Assembly: GCA_031406795.1 (NCBI GenBank)
Contig: JANOHV010000053.1
Coordinates: 1 to 54,866, forward strand
Origin: Candidatus Rokuibacteriota bacterium
GTDB taxonomy: Bacteria; JAUVQV01; DATDCY01
Direction of reading: 5' to 3'
Length of the DNA: 54,866 nt
The notes under the pieces were generated by a model. It worked only from the letters and a program-made list of their open reading frames with translations, was not told the DNA's origin and ran no database searches. This document shows, piece by piece, positions 29,572 through 39,167 of the stretch. Within the stretch, counting starts at the first letter, position 1; every line of letters begins with the position of its first letter. A program made the translations under genes and the position numbers.

Positions 29572-30795
29572 TCAGCGGCCGTCACGAACCCGGCGCAGCA
29601 GGGGCGCGAGGCCGAGGAGCGCGGCGACGGCGCCGAGGGCGGTGACCAGTCCGCCGGCGCCGGCGATGCCGCCCAGCAGGCGCACCCCGGCCGCGCCTGC
29701 GAACGGGCCGAGCAGGATCCCGAGGCCGATGACCCACTCGTGCAGGCCGCCGCCTTCCCCGGCGCCGCCCTCGCGGTCGAGCGAGGCGTGCAGGGAGGCC
29801 GAATAGGCGAGGCCGGACAGTGCGCCGAGCACGACCAGGGCGCCGAAGGCCGCCAGGGGTGATCGGATGAACATGACCGCGGCGAACGCGGCCGGCGGCA
29901 CGAGGAGCGCCGCGGCGAGCCAGCCGCGGGAGTACTCCCAGCCCTCCCAGCGCCAGAAGAGGATGAAGGAAGCGCTGCGGGCGAGGAGGTAGGCGCTCAC
30001 GAGCCAGATTGCGAGACGCAGTTCGAGGCCGAGGCGCTCGCCGAGAGTGGGGGCGAGGGCGGCGAAGGCCCCGAAGAGGAAGTAGGAGAGGCCGTTGGCG
30101 ATCCAGGCCGACTTCAAAAACAATGCCCGGGCCCCCGCTTCGCGCCGCCCCTCCGCCGTCAATGGGTGCGGGACAGGCATCCCCGTCTTCGGTGCAAGAC
30201 CGAGGTGTGCCGGCCTCGTTGTCCGAAGAGCTTCGCTCCTGACCGCGAACCAGAGGATCTGGATGATGTGGGCCGCCAGCGGCAACCAGAAGACGGCGTC
30301 CGGGTCGTTAGCGAAGATCGCGCCCCCCGCCAGAAAACCCGTCGAACCGACGAACGACCAGGTGACGTTGTAGAGTCCGGCGCGGCGCGCGAGGGGGACG
30401 CGGCCGGGGGCGCGGGCGATCGCCGCCTCGAGGGCCGGCCAGGTGAGCGCCGTCGATGTGCTGTAGAGGGCGACGGCGGCAAACAGGGGCAAGTCCTGGG
30501 TCGATTGCCAGCCGAACACCAGCGCCAGAGACATGCCGGCTAGACCGATCGGGATGGAGCGGTTAGGCCCGACCCGGTCCGCGAAGCGCCCGCCCGCGCG
30601 CGCGGCGAGCACATAAGCCCCTCCCTGCGTCGCGGCGAGCAGCAGGTTTGCCGTGTCGCTGAAGCCGTGCTGGAGGCGGGCATGGAAGTAGATGCCGAGG
30701 AAGAAGATCGTGGTGCCGAACGCGTTGAGTCCCTCGAGGAAGTAGTAATCGGCCAGGCGAAACTGCCCGGTATCCTGCCGCACGGCGGGTTTCAA
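29572..30795 (-). CDS. MFS transporter
   Basis: About 12 TM segments, GRFADRVG motif A; start overlaps the hypE stop. Confidence 0.85.
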   Translation of the reverse strand: MKPAVRQDTGQFRLADYYFLEGLNAFGTTIFFLGIYFHARLQHGFSDTANLLLAATQGGAYVLAARAGGRFADRVGPNRSIPIGLAGMSLALVFGWQSTQDLPLFAAVALYSTSTALTWPALEAAIARAPGRVPLARRAGLYNVTWSFVGSTGFLAGGAIFANDPDAVFWLPLAAHIIQILWFAVRSEALRTTRPAHLGLAPKTGMPVPHPLTAEGRREAGARALFLKSAWIANGLSYFLFGAFAALAPTLGERLGLELRLAIWLVSAYLLARSASFILFWRWEGWEYSRGWLAAALLVPPAAFAAVMFIRSPLAAFGALVVLGALSGLAYSASLHASLDREGGAGEGGGLHEWVIGLGILLGPFAGAAGVRLLGGIAGAGGLVTALGAVAALLGLAPLLRRVRDGR

Positions 30796-31793
30796 CAGAT
30801 TCTGGGGAGCTGTTCCCCGGCGAGCATGTCGAGGATGCGGGTGCCCGCCGCCGCCGTCTGAAGCAGGACCTTCGCGTCCTCCTCGGCGCCGATTTCGCCG
30901 ACGATTGCCGCGTGCCGGCCCCGCGGGTGAGCGCGCATCGCCGCGAGCAGCCGGCCGGCGTCCGCCGGTGCGGCGACCGCGATCAGCAGTCCTTCATTGG
31001 CCACGGAGAGCGGGTCGAGGCCGAGCAGGTCGCACGCGCCGCGCACCCCCGGCAGCACCGGGATGTCGGCCTCGCGCACCAGAATCCGCCGCCCGGATTC
31101 CAGCGCGAACTCCTTGAGCGTCGTCGCGAGTCCGCCGCGGGTCGGGTCGCGCATCGCGCGAATCGCCGCCCCCGTTGCGAACATCGCCTCCGTGAGGCCG
31201 TTGAGCGCCGCCGTGTCGCTGACAAGCGGCGGTTCGAAGGAGAGACCGTTGCGCTCGGCCATCACCGCCATCCCGTGGCTCCCGGTGTGGCCGCTGACCA
31301 GCACGATGTCTCCGGCCCGCAGCGAGCGGGGAGAGAGTTCGCGCCCCTCGGGAACGAGGCCGATGCCGGCCGTGGTGATGAAGCAGCCGTCGCACTTGCC
31401 GCGCTCGACCACCTTGGTGTCCCCGGCGACGATCGGGACCCCGGCCGCGCGAGCCGCGGCGGCCATGGAGTCGACGATGCGCCGCAGGTCGGCGAGCGGG
31501 AGCCCCTCCTCGAGAATGAACCCGGCGCTCAGGGCCAGGGGCCGCGCCCCGCTCACCGCCAGGTCGTTGACGGTGCCGTTGACGGCCAGTTCGCCGATGG
31601 TGCCGCCGGGGAAGAAGATCGGCGAGACTACGTAGCCGTCGGTCGTGAAGGCGAGTCGCCCCGGGCCGGCGGCCGCGAGAATCGCCGAGTCGCCGAAACC
31701 GCTGACGGAGAAGGCCGGCGCCATGACCTCGTGAATGAGACGGTGCATCATGCGCCCGCCGCTGCCGTGACCGAGGAGGATCCGCTCTTCCAT
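30792..31793 (-). CDS. hypE: Hydrogenase maturation carbamoyl dehydratase HypE
   Basis: LGHGSGG, GTVNDLA, GDTKVV, RDPTRGG, C-terminal LPRIC. Confidence 0.96.
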   Translation of the reverse strand: MEERILLGHGSGGRMMHRLIHEVMAPAFSVSGFGDSAILAAAGPGRLAFTTDGYVVSPIFFPGGTIGELAVNGTVNDLAVSGARPLALSAGFILEEGLPLADLRRIVDSMAAAARAAGVPIVAGDTKVVERGKCDGCFITTAGIGLVPEGRELSPRSLRAGDIVLVSGHTGSHGMAVMAERNGLSFEPPLVSDTAALNGLTEAMFATGAAIRAMRDPTRGGLATTLKEFALESGRRILVREADIPVLPGVRGACDLLGLDPLSVANEGLLIAVAAPADAGRLLAAMRAHPRGRHAAIVGEIGAEEDAKVLLQTAAAGTRILDMLAGEQLPRIC

Positions 31794-31798
31794 CGGCC

Positions 31799-32875
31799 TC
31801 AGCCGTTCGCCTCGTACTTGTAGTAGGCGGCGCAGCTGCCTTCGCTGCTGACCATGCAGGCGCCGATCGGCCGCTCGGGGGTGCAGGCCTTCCCGAAGAG
31901 TTTGCAGTCGGGCGGGGACTTGATGCCCTTGAGGACGGCGCCGCACTGGCAGGCCGCGGGGTCGGGGACCGCTGGCCGCTCGAGGCCGAACTTGCGCACG
32001 GCGTCGCGGTGCGCGAAAGCCGCTCGCAACTCCAGTCCGCTGCCCGGGATCGTGCCGATGCCCCGCCAGTGCGCGTCCGCCGGCTCGAAGAACCGGCCGA
32101 GGATTTCGCGCGCCCGCGGGTTCCCCTCCGGTCGCACGACCCTCGTGTACTGGATTTCGACGCGCGGCCGGCCGGCGGCCAGTTGCGCGAGCAGCATCGC
32201 GATGCCCGAGAGGATGTCCCCGGCGTCGAAGCCCGTGACGACGGCGGCCTTGCCGAACTGCGCGGGCAGAAAGTCGTAGGGCGCCACTCCGGTCACCGTG
32301 CAGACGTGTCCCGGCAGGATGAAGCCGTCCACCTGCACCTCGCCCGAGCCGAGCAGGGCCGAAAGCGCGGGCGGGACGGTCTTGTGGACCGAGAAGATCG
32401 AGAAGTTGGCGACGCCGCGGCGTTCGGCCTCCCAGAGCGTGCCCGCGACCAGCGGCGAAGTCGTCTCGAACCCGGTGGCGAAGAAGACGACTTCGCGGGA
32501 CGGATCCTTCGCTGCGAGCGCCAGCGCGTCCAGCGGCGAGTAGACGATGCGGACATCGGCGCCGTCGGCGCGGGCTTCGGCGAGCGATTCGCTCCTTCCC
32601 GGCACGCGCATCATGTCGCCGAAGGTCGCCAGCGTTGCGTTGCCGCCTCTGGCGAGCAGTATCGCGGCCTCGACGTCGGCCGCCGCCGTGACGCAGACCG
32701 GGCACCCCGGGCCGGAGAGCAGCCGGATGGTGTCGGGCAGCAGCGCCCGGATGCCGTGGCGGAAGATCGCGACGGTATGAGTGCCGCAGACCTCCATCAG
32801 CCGCACGGGGCGGTCGATCGCCCGGGCGAGCGCGGCGATGCCGTGCGAGAGCTCCTCGATGGTCGGATTGGGCAT
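31799..32875 (-). CDS. hypD: Hydrogenase maturation factor HypD
   Basis: MEVCGTHT, GPGCPVCV, GFETT, PGHV, CMVSSEGSCAAYY. Confidence 0.97.
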   Translation of the reverse strand: MPNPTIEELSHGIAALARAIDRPVRLMEVCGTHTVAIFRHGIRALLPDTIRLLSGPGCPVCVTAAADVEAAILLARGGNATLATFGDMMRVPGRSESLAEARADGADVRIVYSPLDALALAAKDPSREVVFFATGFETTSPLVAGTLWEAERRGVANFSIFSVHKTVPPALSALLGSGEVQVDGFILPGHVCTVTGVAPYDFLPAQFGKAAVVTGFDAGDILSGIAMLLAQLAAGRPRVEIQYTRVVRPEGNPRAREILGRFFEPADAHWRGIGTIPGSGLELRAAFAHRDAVRKFGLERPAVPDPAACQCGAVLKGIKSPPDCKLFGKACTPERPIGACMVSSEGSCAAYYKYEANG

Positions 32876-32942
32876 TGGGACCGGATTATAGTACGAAGAT
32901 CGGCAAAAGCCACACGCCTGTCGAGGAGCTTTGAAATTTATA

Positions 32943-32972
32943 TTGACAGCATTGCTATTGGCTTAATAGATT
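32943..32972 (+). promoter_or_regulatory. Sigma70-like promoter with overlapping CTATT-N5-AATAG palindrome
   Basis: TTGACA-18 nt-TAGATT in an AT-rich island upstream of the cytochrome/FeS/NrfD operon. Confidence 0.45.
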
Positions 32973-32991
32973 ATAGCCTGCTAGGGTATGG

Positions 32992-33279
32992 ATGACAAAG
33001 GAGGCGGCGATGGCAGGTGGCTCTTCGGGGCGGTTCGCAGAGATGATGAGGGTTATCGTGCAGTCCGAGCGCCTCGATGAACTTCCCGAGCCGCCGCTCG
33101 ATCCCAACCGTGTTTCGTTCTTTTCCAGACTTCTGAAGTCCGAGTGCCTCCCGTATGACGAGTGCCCCGAGCCGCAAGGCGGGCGCACTCCGTTCATCGC
33201 CAGACTGTTTTCGCGGGAGACGCTTCCCTTCGACCCCGCTCCGACACCCGGGCGCACCGGCCGCAAGCCCCGGCATTGA
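32992..33279 (+). CDS. Small hypothetical protein with internal F..L...E.LP.D repeats
   Basis: RBS GAGG before ATG 33010 (alternative start); three similar segments. Confidence 0.55.
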   Translation: MTKEAAMAGGSSGRFAEMMRVIVQSERLDELPEPPLDPNRVSFFSRLLKSECLPYDECPEPQGGRTPFIARLFSRETLPFDPAPTPGRTGRKPRH

Positions 33280-33373
33280 ACAATGGCAGCTAACACGAAC
33301 GGTTCCTGCCTCGCGGGCCCGTCGACGAGAGGGCGCGCGACAGGGCGCGCAACAACCACCAGGGGAAGGGACC

Positions 33374-33853
33374 ATGGCCATAGAGCATAAGAAGCACGTC
33401 TTCCGGATCTTCCTCCTCCTCGGGGCGGTTATCGTCGCGGCCCTCATCGCCCGCATCTTCGCCGTTCCCGAGACGTTCGGGAGGTACGGCCACTATCGGG
33501 CCTCCAACCTGCCTGAACATGCCGCCCGGGAGGTGCGCCACGGCGGCAACGAGTCCTGCGCGAAATGTCACGCCGACAAGAAGACCGAGCATGACGGGGG
33601 CGGGCACGTCGCCGTCCCGTGCGAGGACTGCCACGACGCGCTCGCCGCGCACGTCAAGGACGGGAAGAAGACCGCCGACATGCCGCGGGTCAAGAGCGTG
33701 ACTCGCCTTTGCGGCCGCTGCCATCGCGACCTCATCGCCCGGCGGGACGACTTCCCGAAGATCAACATCGAGAAACATGTGAAGGACCAGGGGGCGGAAC
33801 TCTCCGACCAGGTCTGCTTCGACTGTCACAACCCGCACAATCCCGCGCCGTAG
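33374..33853 (+). CDS. Membrane-anchored tetraheme cytochrome c
   Basis: One TM; CAKCH, CEDCH, CGRCH, CFDCH. Confidence 0.92.
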   Translation: MAIEHKKHVFRIFLLLGAVIVAALIARIFAVPETFGRYGHYRASNLPEHAAREVRHGGNESCAKCHADKKTEHDGGGHVAVPCEDCHDALAAHVKDGKKTADMPRVKSVTRLCGRCHRDLIARRDDFPKINIEKHVKDQGAELSDQVCFDCHNPHNPAP

Positions 33854-33866
33854 GAGGGGAGCACGG

Positions 33867-34658
33867 ATGGACAACGTCTCTCGCAGGGAATTCATCAGGA
33901 AGGCCGCGCTGGCCTCCGGCGGCTGCGCCGTGTTCTTGTTGCTCGGGCCCGGCGGCAAGGGCAATGCCGCGCAACCGGGCGCCGAAGGCGGATCGCCGCT
34001 CGGAGACTACGACTGGGAACAGCACCAGTACGCTTACCTCATCGACACCGTGAAGTGCATCGGGTGCGGGATGTGCGTCAAGGCCTGCAAGGCCGAGAAC
34101 AACGTCCCGGACGGTTTCTTCCGCACCTGGATCGAGCGCTACGAGATCTCCGAGGACGGGGAGGCCGAGGTGGACTCGCCGAACGGCGGGCTCGACGGCT
34201 TCGAGGAGAACGTCAGCCACGTCAAGATCGCGAAGGCCTTCTTCGTCCCGAAGATGTGCAACCACTGCGCCGCCTCCCCCTGCGTGCAGGTCTGCCCCGT
34301 CGGCGCCAGCTACCGGACCAAAGACGGCGTCGTCCTCGTCGACCAGGAGCACTGCGTCGGCTGCGGCTACTGCGTCCAGGCCTGCCCCTACGGCTCGCGG
34401 TTCATTCCCCACGATGAGAACACGCCGTATGCGCGCACCGCGCACAAGTGCACGCTCTGCTACCACCGCATCACCAAGGGGCTGAAGCCGGCCTGCGTGG
34501 CGGCCTGCCCGGTCGGGGCGCGCCAGCTCGCGGACATGAAGGACCAGTTCGACCCGGTGCGCAAGCGCATCATCACCGAGCGCGTCGCGGTGCTGCAGCC
34601 CGAGCTGCTCACGGAGCCCTCGTGCTACTACAGCGCGCTCGACAAGGAGGTCCGATGA
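33867..34658 (+). CDS. Tat-exported 4x[4Fe-4S] protein (NrfC/PsrB-like)
   Basis: SRREFI Tat motif; CIGCGMC, CNHC...CP, CVGCGYC, CTLC..C..CP. Confidence 0.93.
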   Translation: MDNVSRREFIRKAALASGGCAVFLLLGPGGKGNAAQPGAEGGSPLGDYDWEQHQYAYLIDTVKCIGCGMCVKACKAENNVPDGFFRTWIERYEISEDGEAEVDSPNGGLDGFEENVSHVKIAKAFFVPKMCNHCAASPCVQVCPVGASYRTKDGVVLVDQEHCVGCGYCVQACPYGSRFIPHDENTPYARTAHKCTLCYHRITKGLKPACVAACPVGARQLADMKDQFDPVRKRIITERVAVLQPELLTEPSCYYSALDKEVR

Positions 34659-35878
34659 TCCCCGAACTGCAGGGCTTTCTGTTTCCGAACGACATCCACA
34701 TCCTGTGGTCGCTGATGATCGTGCTCTACCCCTACGTCACCGGCCTGGTCGCGGGGGCCTTCATCGTCTCCTCGCTCTACCACGTCTTCGGTCGCAAGGA
34801 GCTCTGGCCGATCGGCCGCTTTTCGCTCGTGGCTTCCTTCGCCTTCATGGCCGTGGCGACGCTGCCGCTGGTCAACCACCTTGGCCACCCCGAGCGGGCC
34901 TTCAACATCATGGTCACCCCGAACTCCTCCTCGGCGATGGCCGGCTTCGGCCTGGTCTACAACTGGTACCTGATGATCCTGATCCTCGAGATCTGGTTCG
35001 TCTTCCGCAAGGACATCGTCATGACCGCGCGACAGAGCCGGGGCTTCAAGCGGTTCGTCTTCTCGATGCTCGCGCTGCGGACCTACGACATCTCCGAGGC
35101 GGCGCTCAAGACCGACCACAAGATCGTCACGGTGCTGACCGCGATCGGCATCCCCTCGGCCTGCTTCCTGCACGGCTATGTCGGCTTCCTCTTCGGCGCG
35201 CTCAAGGCCAACCCCTGGTGGTCGACGCCGCTGATGCCGGTCATCTTCCTGTTCTCCGCGGTGGTCTCGGGGATCGCGGCGATGATCCTGATGTACATGG
35301 CGGCGATGGCGCTCAAGGGCCTGCCGATCCTGCGCAAGACCGTGGCCACGATGGCCAGCTGGCTCTGGCTTTTCATGATCCTCACCGTGACGCTCGAACT
35401 GCTGGAGATCATCACGCTGGCCTACGAGAGCTCGGAGGAGTGGGTGATCATCCGCCAGCTGCTCACGACGCGGCTCTCGTTCAGCTTCATCTCGATGCAG
35501 CTGATCATCGGCTCGCTGATCCCGTTCATCCTGCTGCTGATCGTCGTGCTGCTGGGCAGCCAGATGAAGGCGCGCGTGCAGAACATTCTCGCCGGGACGG
35601 CATCGTGCATCCTGCTGGTCCAGGTCTTCTCGATGCGCTGGAACGTCGTCATCGGCGGCCAGCTCTTTTCGAAGAGCCTGCGCGGGCTGCGCAGCATGTA
35701 CGAGCCGGGCTTCTTCGAGAAGGAGGGGATCCTGCCGGCGCTGCTGATCATCTCGCTGCCGTTCGTGATCCTCGTGGTCTTCGAGAAGTTCTTGCCGATG
35801 TTCCGGTCGGTCGAGGAAGCCTACGCCGCGGGCGAGATCGCCATGGAGGATGGCGAACCGGCGGAGGCGGACCACTAG
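34655..35878 (+). CDS. NrfD/PsrC-family quinol-interacting membrane subunit
   Basis: W..MIV.YPY.TGLVAGA, HLG.P.R, multiple TMs; ATGA overlap. Confidence 0.9.
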   Translation: MIPELQGFLFPNDIHILWSLMIVLYPYVTGLVAGAFIVSSLYHVFGRKELWPIGRFSLVASFAFMAVATLPLVNHLGHPERAFNIMVTPNSSSAMAGFGLVYNWYLMILILEIWFVFRKDIVMTARQSRGFKRFVFSMLALRTYDISEAALKTDHKIVTVLTAIGIPSACFLHGYVGFLFGALKANPWWSTPLMPVIFLFSAVVSGIAAMILMYMAAMALKGLPILRKTVATMASWLWLFMILTVTLELLEIITLAYESSEEWVIIRQLLTTRLSFSFISMQLIIGSLIPFILLLIVVLLGSQMKARVQNILAGTASCILLVQVFSMRWNVVIGGQLFSKSLRGLRSMYEPGFFEKEGILPALLIISLPFVILVVFEKFLPMFRSVEEAYAAGEIAMEDGEPAEADH

Positions 35879-35920
35879 ATTCGTGCGGTTCTTCAGCAGC
35901 CTGGGCGGGGAGGGCGCGCG

Positions 35921-37750
35921 ATGGGGAGCACAATAGGGATCGAGGGACGGATCGCGGAACTGGAGTCGCAACTCGGGGCGTTGCGCCTGAGACTGGAGCG
36001 GGTCGAGGGCGCCGCCGGCGGACCGCGGAGTGACCTTCAGCCGGCGGCCGCGGCCGCGGCGGCGGTGAGCGCTGACGCCAAGCTGCCAAGCGGCACCACA
36101 ACGCCGATCGCGACGCCGCTGCCTGCGCCCGCGCCCGCGCCGGGCGGGGAGGGGGCGATCGCGCGCTGGGCGGGCGCCTCGGCGCTGCTGCCGCGCGTCT
36201 CCACGGTGTCGTTCCTGCTGGTGGCAGCGCTTCTGCTGCGCACCCTCACCGACAGCGGCGTCGTCGGTTCGCGGGCCGGCGCCTTCGCGGGGGTGGCTTA
36301 CGCGGCAGCGCTGATGTTCGCCGGCTGGGTGCTTATTTCCCGGCGCAGCGTTCTGGCCCCCGTGTTCGCCGTCTGCGGTGCGGTTCTGCTCTGCTCGATC
36401 GTCGTCGAGACGCACACTCGCTTCGCGTCGCTGAGCACGGCAGCGGCATTCGGGGCGCTGGGGGCGACCTGCCTGTTCATGACGCTGCTCGGCGAACGCA
36501 GCAAGATGGCGCTCCCGGGGGTGATCGGGGTGCTCGGCGTCGCGATCGCCGGCGTCGCTCTGACGATCCCGCGGCCGCAATTCGCGCCGCTCGCCGCGCT
36601 GCTGCTCGGCGCGAGTTTCCTCGGGATTTTCGTCTCGCGGCGTCTCAAGGGCGACTGGGTCGGCTGGGCGCTCTTCGCGCTCTCGTCCCTGACGTTGTTC
36701 ATCTGGAGCGTGCGCATCAAGGTCTCGCTGGCGCCGGACTGCCCCCCGGGGGAGATCGCGGGCACCGCCTGGTTCCCTTATCTCGTGAACGGATTCGCGC
36801 TGCTCTGGGTCGGCCAGGCTCTCGCCGGACTGCTGCGTCCGCCGCGACTGCGGCCTTCGGTGCTGTCGCTGGTTCTGCCGCTCCTCGGCTGCACGGTTGC
36901 CTACGTCGCGACGCTCCAGGTTGCCACGGCGAACGGAACGGTCCGCAGTCTCGGCGTCACGGGGCTGCTCGTGGCCGCCGGGCTCGTCGCGATGGCGGCC
37001 TGGTCGGGCCTGCGGGGCGGCGGCGGCGCCTACGCGCTGAACGCCTTCGCCGTCGCCGCCGTGGCGCTCTTCGCGCTCGGGTTCTCGTCGGCCACGGGCT
37101 CCCTCCTCGGGGCCCTGCCGCTGCTGTCGTTAACCGCTTTCGGTCTGGCACTGCTTTCGGCGCGCTGGCACAGCGGGGGGACCCGGGCCATCTCCTACCT
37201 GCTGCAGGTCGCCGTCGCCGTCGCACTCACGCTGCTGCTGGTGGCGGGAGGGCGGACCGCGGCCAGCCCCGGGATCGCGGCGCTTGCCGCCGGGACGCTC
37301 GCCCTCGCAGGTCTGCTGCACTACCGCTGGTGTCGCCGTCACGCCCCGCCGGAGGGTTCGCTGACCTTCGCGTTCATCGGCGTCGGCGATCGCTGCGCTG
37401 TGGCGCTGCTGACCGCGTCGCTGGCGGGCGGTTTCTTCCTGGTGCGCACCGGTGCCTTCCTGCTCCTGAGTTCCCGCCTGGCGGATCCCCGCAATGCCTT
37501 CGGCGGCGTCCAGTCCGTCGTCATCACCGTCGCCGCCATGGCGCTGTTCGCGCTGGCCTTTTCGCGCCGCAGCACCGAGCTGCGCAGCGTCGCGATCCTG
37601 GTGACGCTGGTCGGGGCGGCGAAGGTCTTCTTCTACGATCTGGTGGCGCTCCAGGGAGTCGCCCGCGTCGCCAGCCTCTTCTCCTTCGGGTTGCTCGCGG
37701 CGGTGGCCTCCGTGGTCCTCGGTCGCTGGCAGCGCCGGGATCCCCCGTGA
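35921..37750 (+). CDS. Polytopic membrane protein (DUF2339-like)
   Basis: N-terminal coiled coil, many TMs, KVFFYDL...RV.S C-terminus. Confidence 0.75.
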   Translation: MGSTIGIEGRIAELESQLGALRLRLERVEGAAGGPRSDLQPAAAAAAAVSADAKLPSGTTTPIATPLPAPAPAPGGEGAIARWAGASALLPRVSTVSFLLVAALLLRTLTDSGVVGSRAGAFAGVAYAAALMFAGWVLISRRSVLAPVFAVCGAVLLCSIVVETHTRFASLSTAAAFGALGATCLFMTLLGERSKMALPGVIGVLGVAIAGVALTIPRPQFAPLAALLLGASFLGIFVSRRLKGDWVGWALFALSSLTLFIWSVRIKVSLAPDCPPGEIAGTAWFPYLVNGFALLWVGQALAGLLRPPRLRPSVLSLVLPLLGCTVAYVATLQVATANGTVRSLGVTGLLVAAGLVAMAAWSGLRGGGGAYALNAFAVAAVALFALGFSSATGSLLGALPLLSLTAFGLALLSARWHSGGTRAISYLLQVAVAVALTLLLVAGGRTAASPGIAALAAGTLALAGLLHYRWCRRHAPPEGSLTFAFIGVGDRCAVALLTASLAGGFFLVRTGAFLLLSSRLADPRNAFGGVQSVVITVAAMALFALAFSRRSTELRSVAILVTLVGAAKVFFYDLVALQGVARVASLFSFGLLAAVASVVLGRWQRRDPP

Positions 37751-38841
37751 GGCGGGGCGCAGCGGCCGCGGCGCTTCTGTCGCTGCTCGGCGTCATCGCG
37801 GCGTTGCCGCCGGGGGGCGCTGCAGCCTTCAAGCACGTCGAGCTCGGCCAGCCGCTCCCCGCGTTCGCGTCGAAGGATCTCGATGGCCGCAGCTGGGAGT
37901 CCGGCGCGCTGATCGGCGACGTCACGGTGGTGGTGATCTGGGCGACCTGGAGCCCGCGCTCCCGCGAGATCCTCGAGGACCTCGAGAAGCTCCGCTCCGA
38001 ACTGGCTCCGCAGCGGCTGCAGCTGGTTGCCGTCAATGCCGAGCACCTCGCCATCTCCGCGGCCGACCGGGAGGCGATCCGCGCCATCGTGGCGCAGACG
38101 CACTCGACGGCGAAGGTGCTCCTCGACGAGGGCCTCGTCGCCTTCAACGCGCTCGGGACGATGGCCGTCCCCTCGAGCCTGGTGCTCGATGCGGCCGGCC
38201 GCGTCGTCTTCACGCTGGCGGGCTATCCGACGACGATGCGTTCGGATCTCGCCGACGCGGTCCGCAAGGCGCTCGGGCTGCCCACCTCCGAGGAGTTGCG
38301 CCCGGTTCGCGAGTACGTTCCGAAGAATCACGGGTTGATGTACTACAATTTCGGCCGCCTGCTCCTCGAGAAGGGGCAGGAGGAAAAGGCGGTCGCACAG
38401 TTCCTGATGGCCGTCGAGCGCGACCCCGCCTTCAAGAAGCCGCACCGGGAACTCGGGCTGCATCACCTGCGCAACGGCCGGGTCGAGGAGGCGCGGGCGG
38501 CGTTCATGAAGGTGCGCGAGATCGACCCCCACGATGCCGAGGCAACGTACCAGGCCGCGGCCGCCAGCCTTCGCGCGGACCGCCTCGCGGAAGCGGCGGC
38601 TCTCTTCGGCGAGCTTGCGGCCGAGTTCCCCGACCACGGGGGGTACGCGCTCGCGCTCGCGCTGACGCAGAAGTTCCTCGGCCGGGAGGAGGAATACCGC
38701 GCGAGCGAGGCCAGTGCCGCGGGGCTGCGCCCCGCCGAGCCGCGGCTGCTCTACGACCTCGGGGCCGTCGCGGAGCGCCGCGGCGCACTGCCAATCGCCG
38801 CCGATCTCTACCGGCGGGCTCTGGAGGCGTCGCTGCGCTGA
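37747..38841 (+). CDS. Exported TlpA/redoxin-fold + TPR protein lacking CXXC
   Basis: G..LP.F...DLDG, WATWSPRS, cis-Pro VP motif, C-terminal TPRs; GTGA overlap. Confidence 0.8.
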   Translation: MRRGAAAAALLSLLGVIAALPPGGAAAFKHVELGQPLPAFASKDLDGRSWESGALIGDVTVVVIWATWSPRSREILEDLEKLRSELAPQRLQLVAVNAEHLAISAADREAIRAIVAQTHSTAKVLLDEGLVAFNALGTMAVPSSLVLDAAGRVVFTLAGYPTTMRSDLADAVRKALGLPTSEELRPVREYVPKNHGLMYYNFGRLLLEKGQEEKAVAQFLMAVERDPAFKKPHRELGLHHLRNGRVEEARAAFMKVREIDPHDAEATYQAAAASLRADRLAEAAALFGELAAEFPDHGGYALALALTQKFLGREEEYRASEASAAGLRPAEPRLLYDLGAVAERRGALPIAADLYRRALEASLR

Positions 38842-38899
38842 GGCGATCCGGCGGCTCGCTGCGATGCACTCGCCGCCGGGGGTGGCCGTGTTCCGTCGG

Positions 38900-39057
38900 T
38901 AATCCTTCAGTGAAGCGCGGAAACTCTTTCCGATCGTGGTGAGCCGTGAGCTTGACGAACGGTCGAACCATGAACGGAAATTTGCCCTATCCACAAGCGC
39001 CCTTCGACAGACTCAGGGCGAACGGTACTGATTTTGCTACCCCTCACTGAAGGGTTA
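38900..39057 (-). mobile_element. MITE family A, copy 2
   Basis: Reverse complement of 22233-22390 with a few substitutions. Confidence 0.85.
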
Positions 39058-39078
39058 CTTCCGTCGGCCTCGCGATAC

Positions 39079-39107
39079 TTGACAGGGATTCCCGGTGAAA
39101 GTATGCT
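39079..39107 (+). promoter_or_regulatory. Sigma70 promoter for ImcH-like cytochrome
   Basis: TTGACA-17 nt-TATGCT. Confidence 0.65.
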
Positions 39108-39167
39108 TCCGGATTCGTACGAGTCGGACACGGGATTGAGCATCGCGAGTGGGGCAGGGGGGACGGC

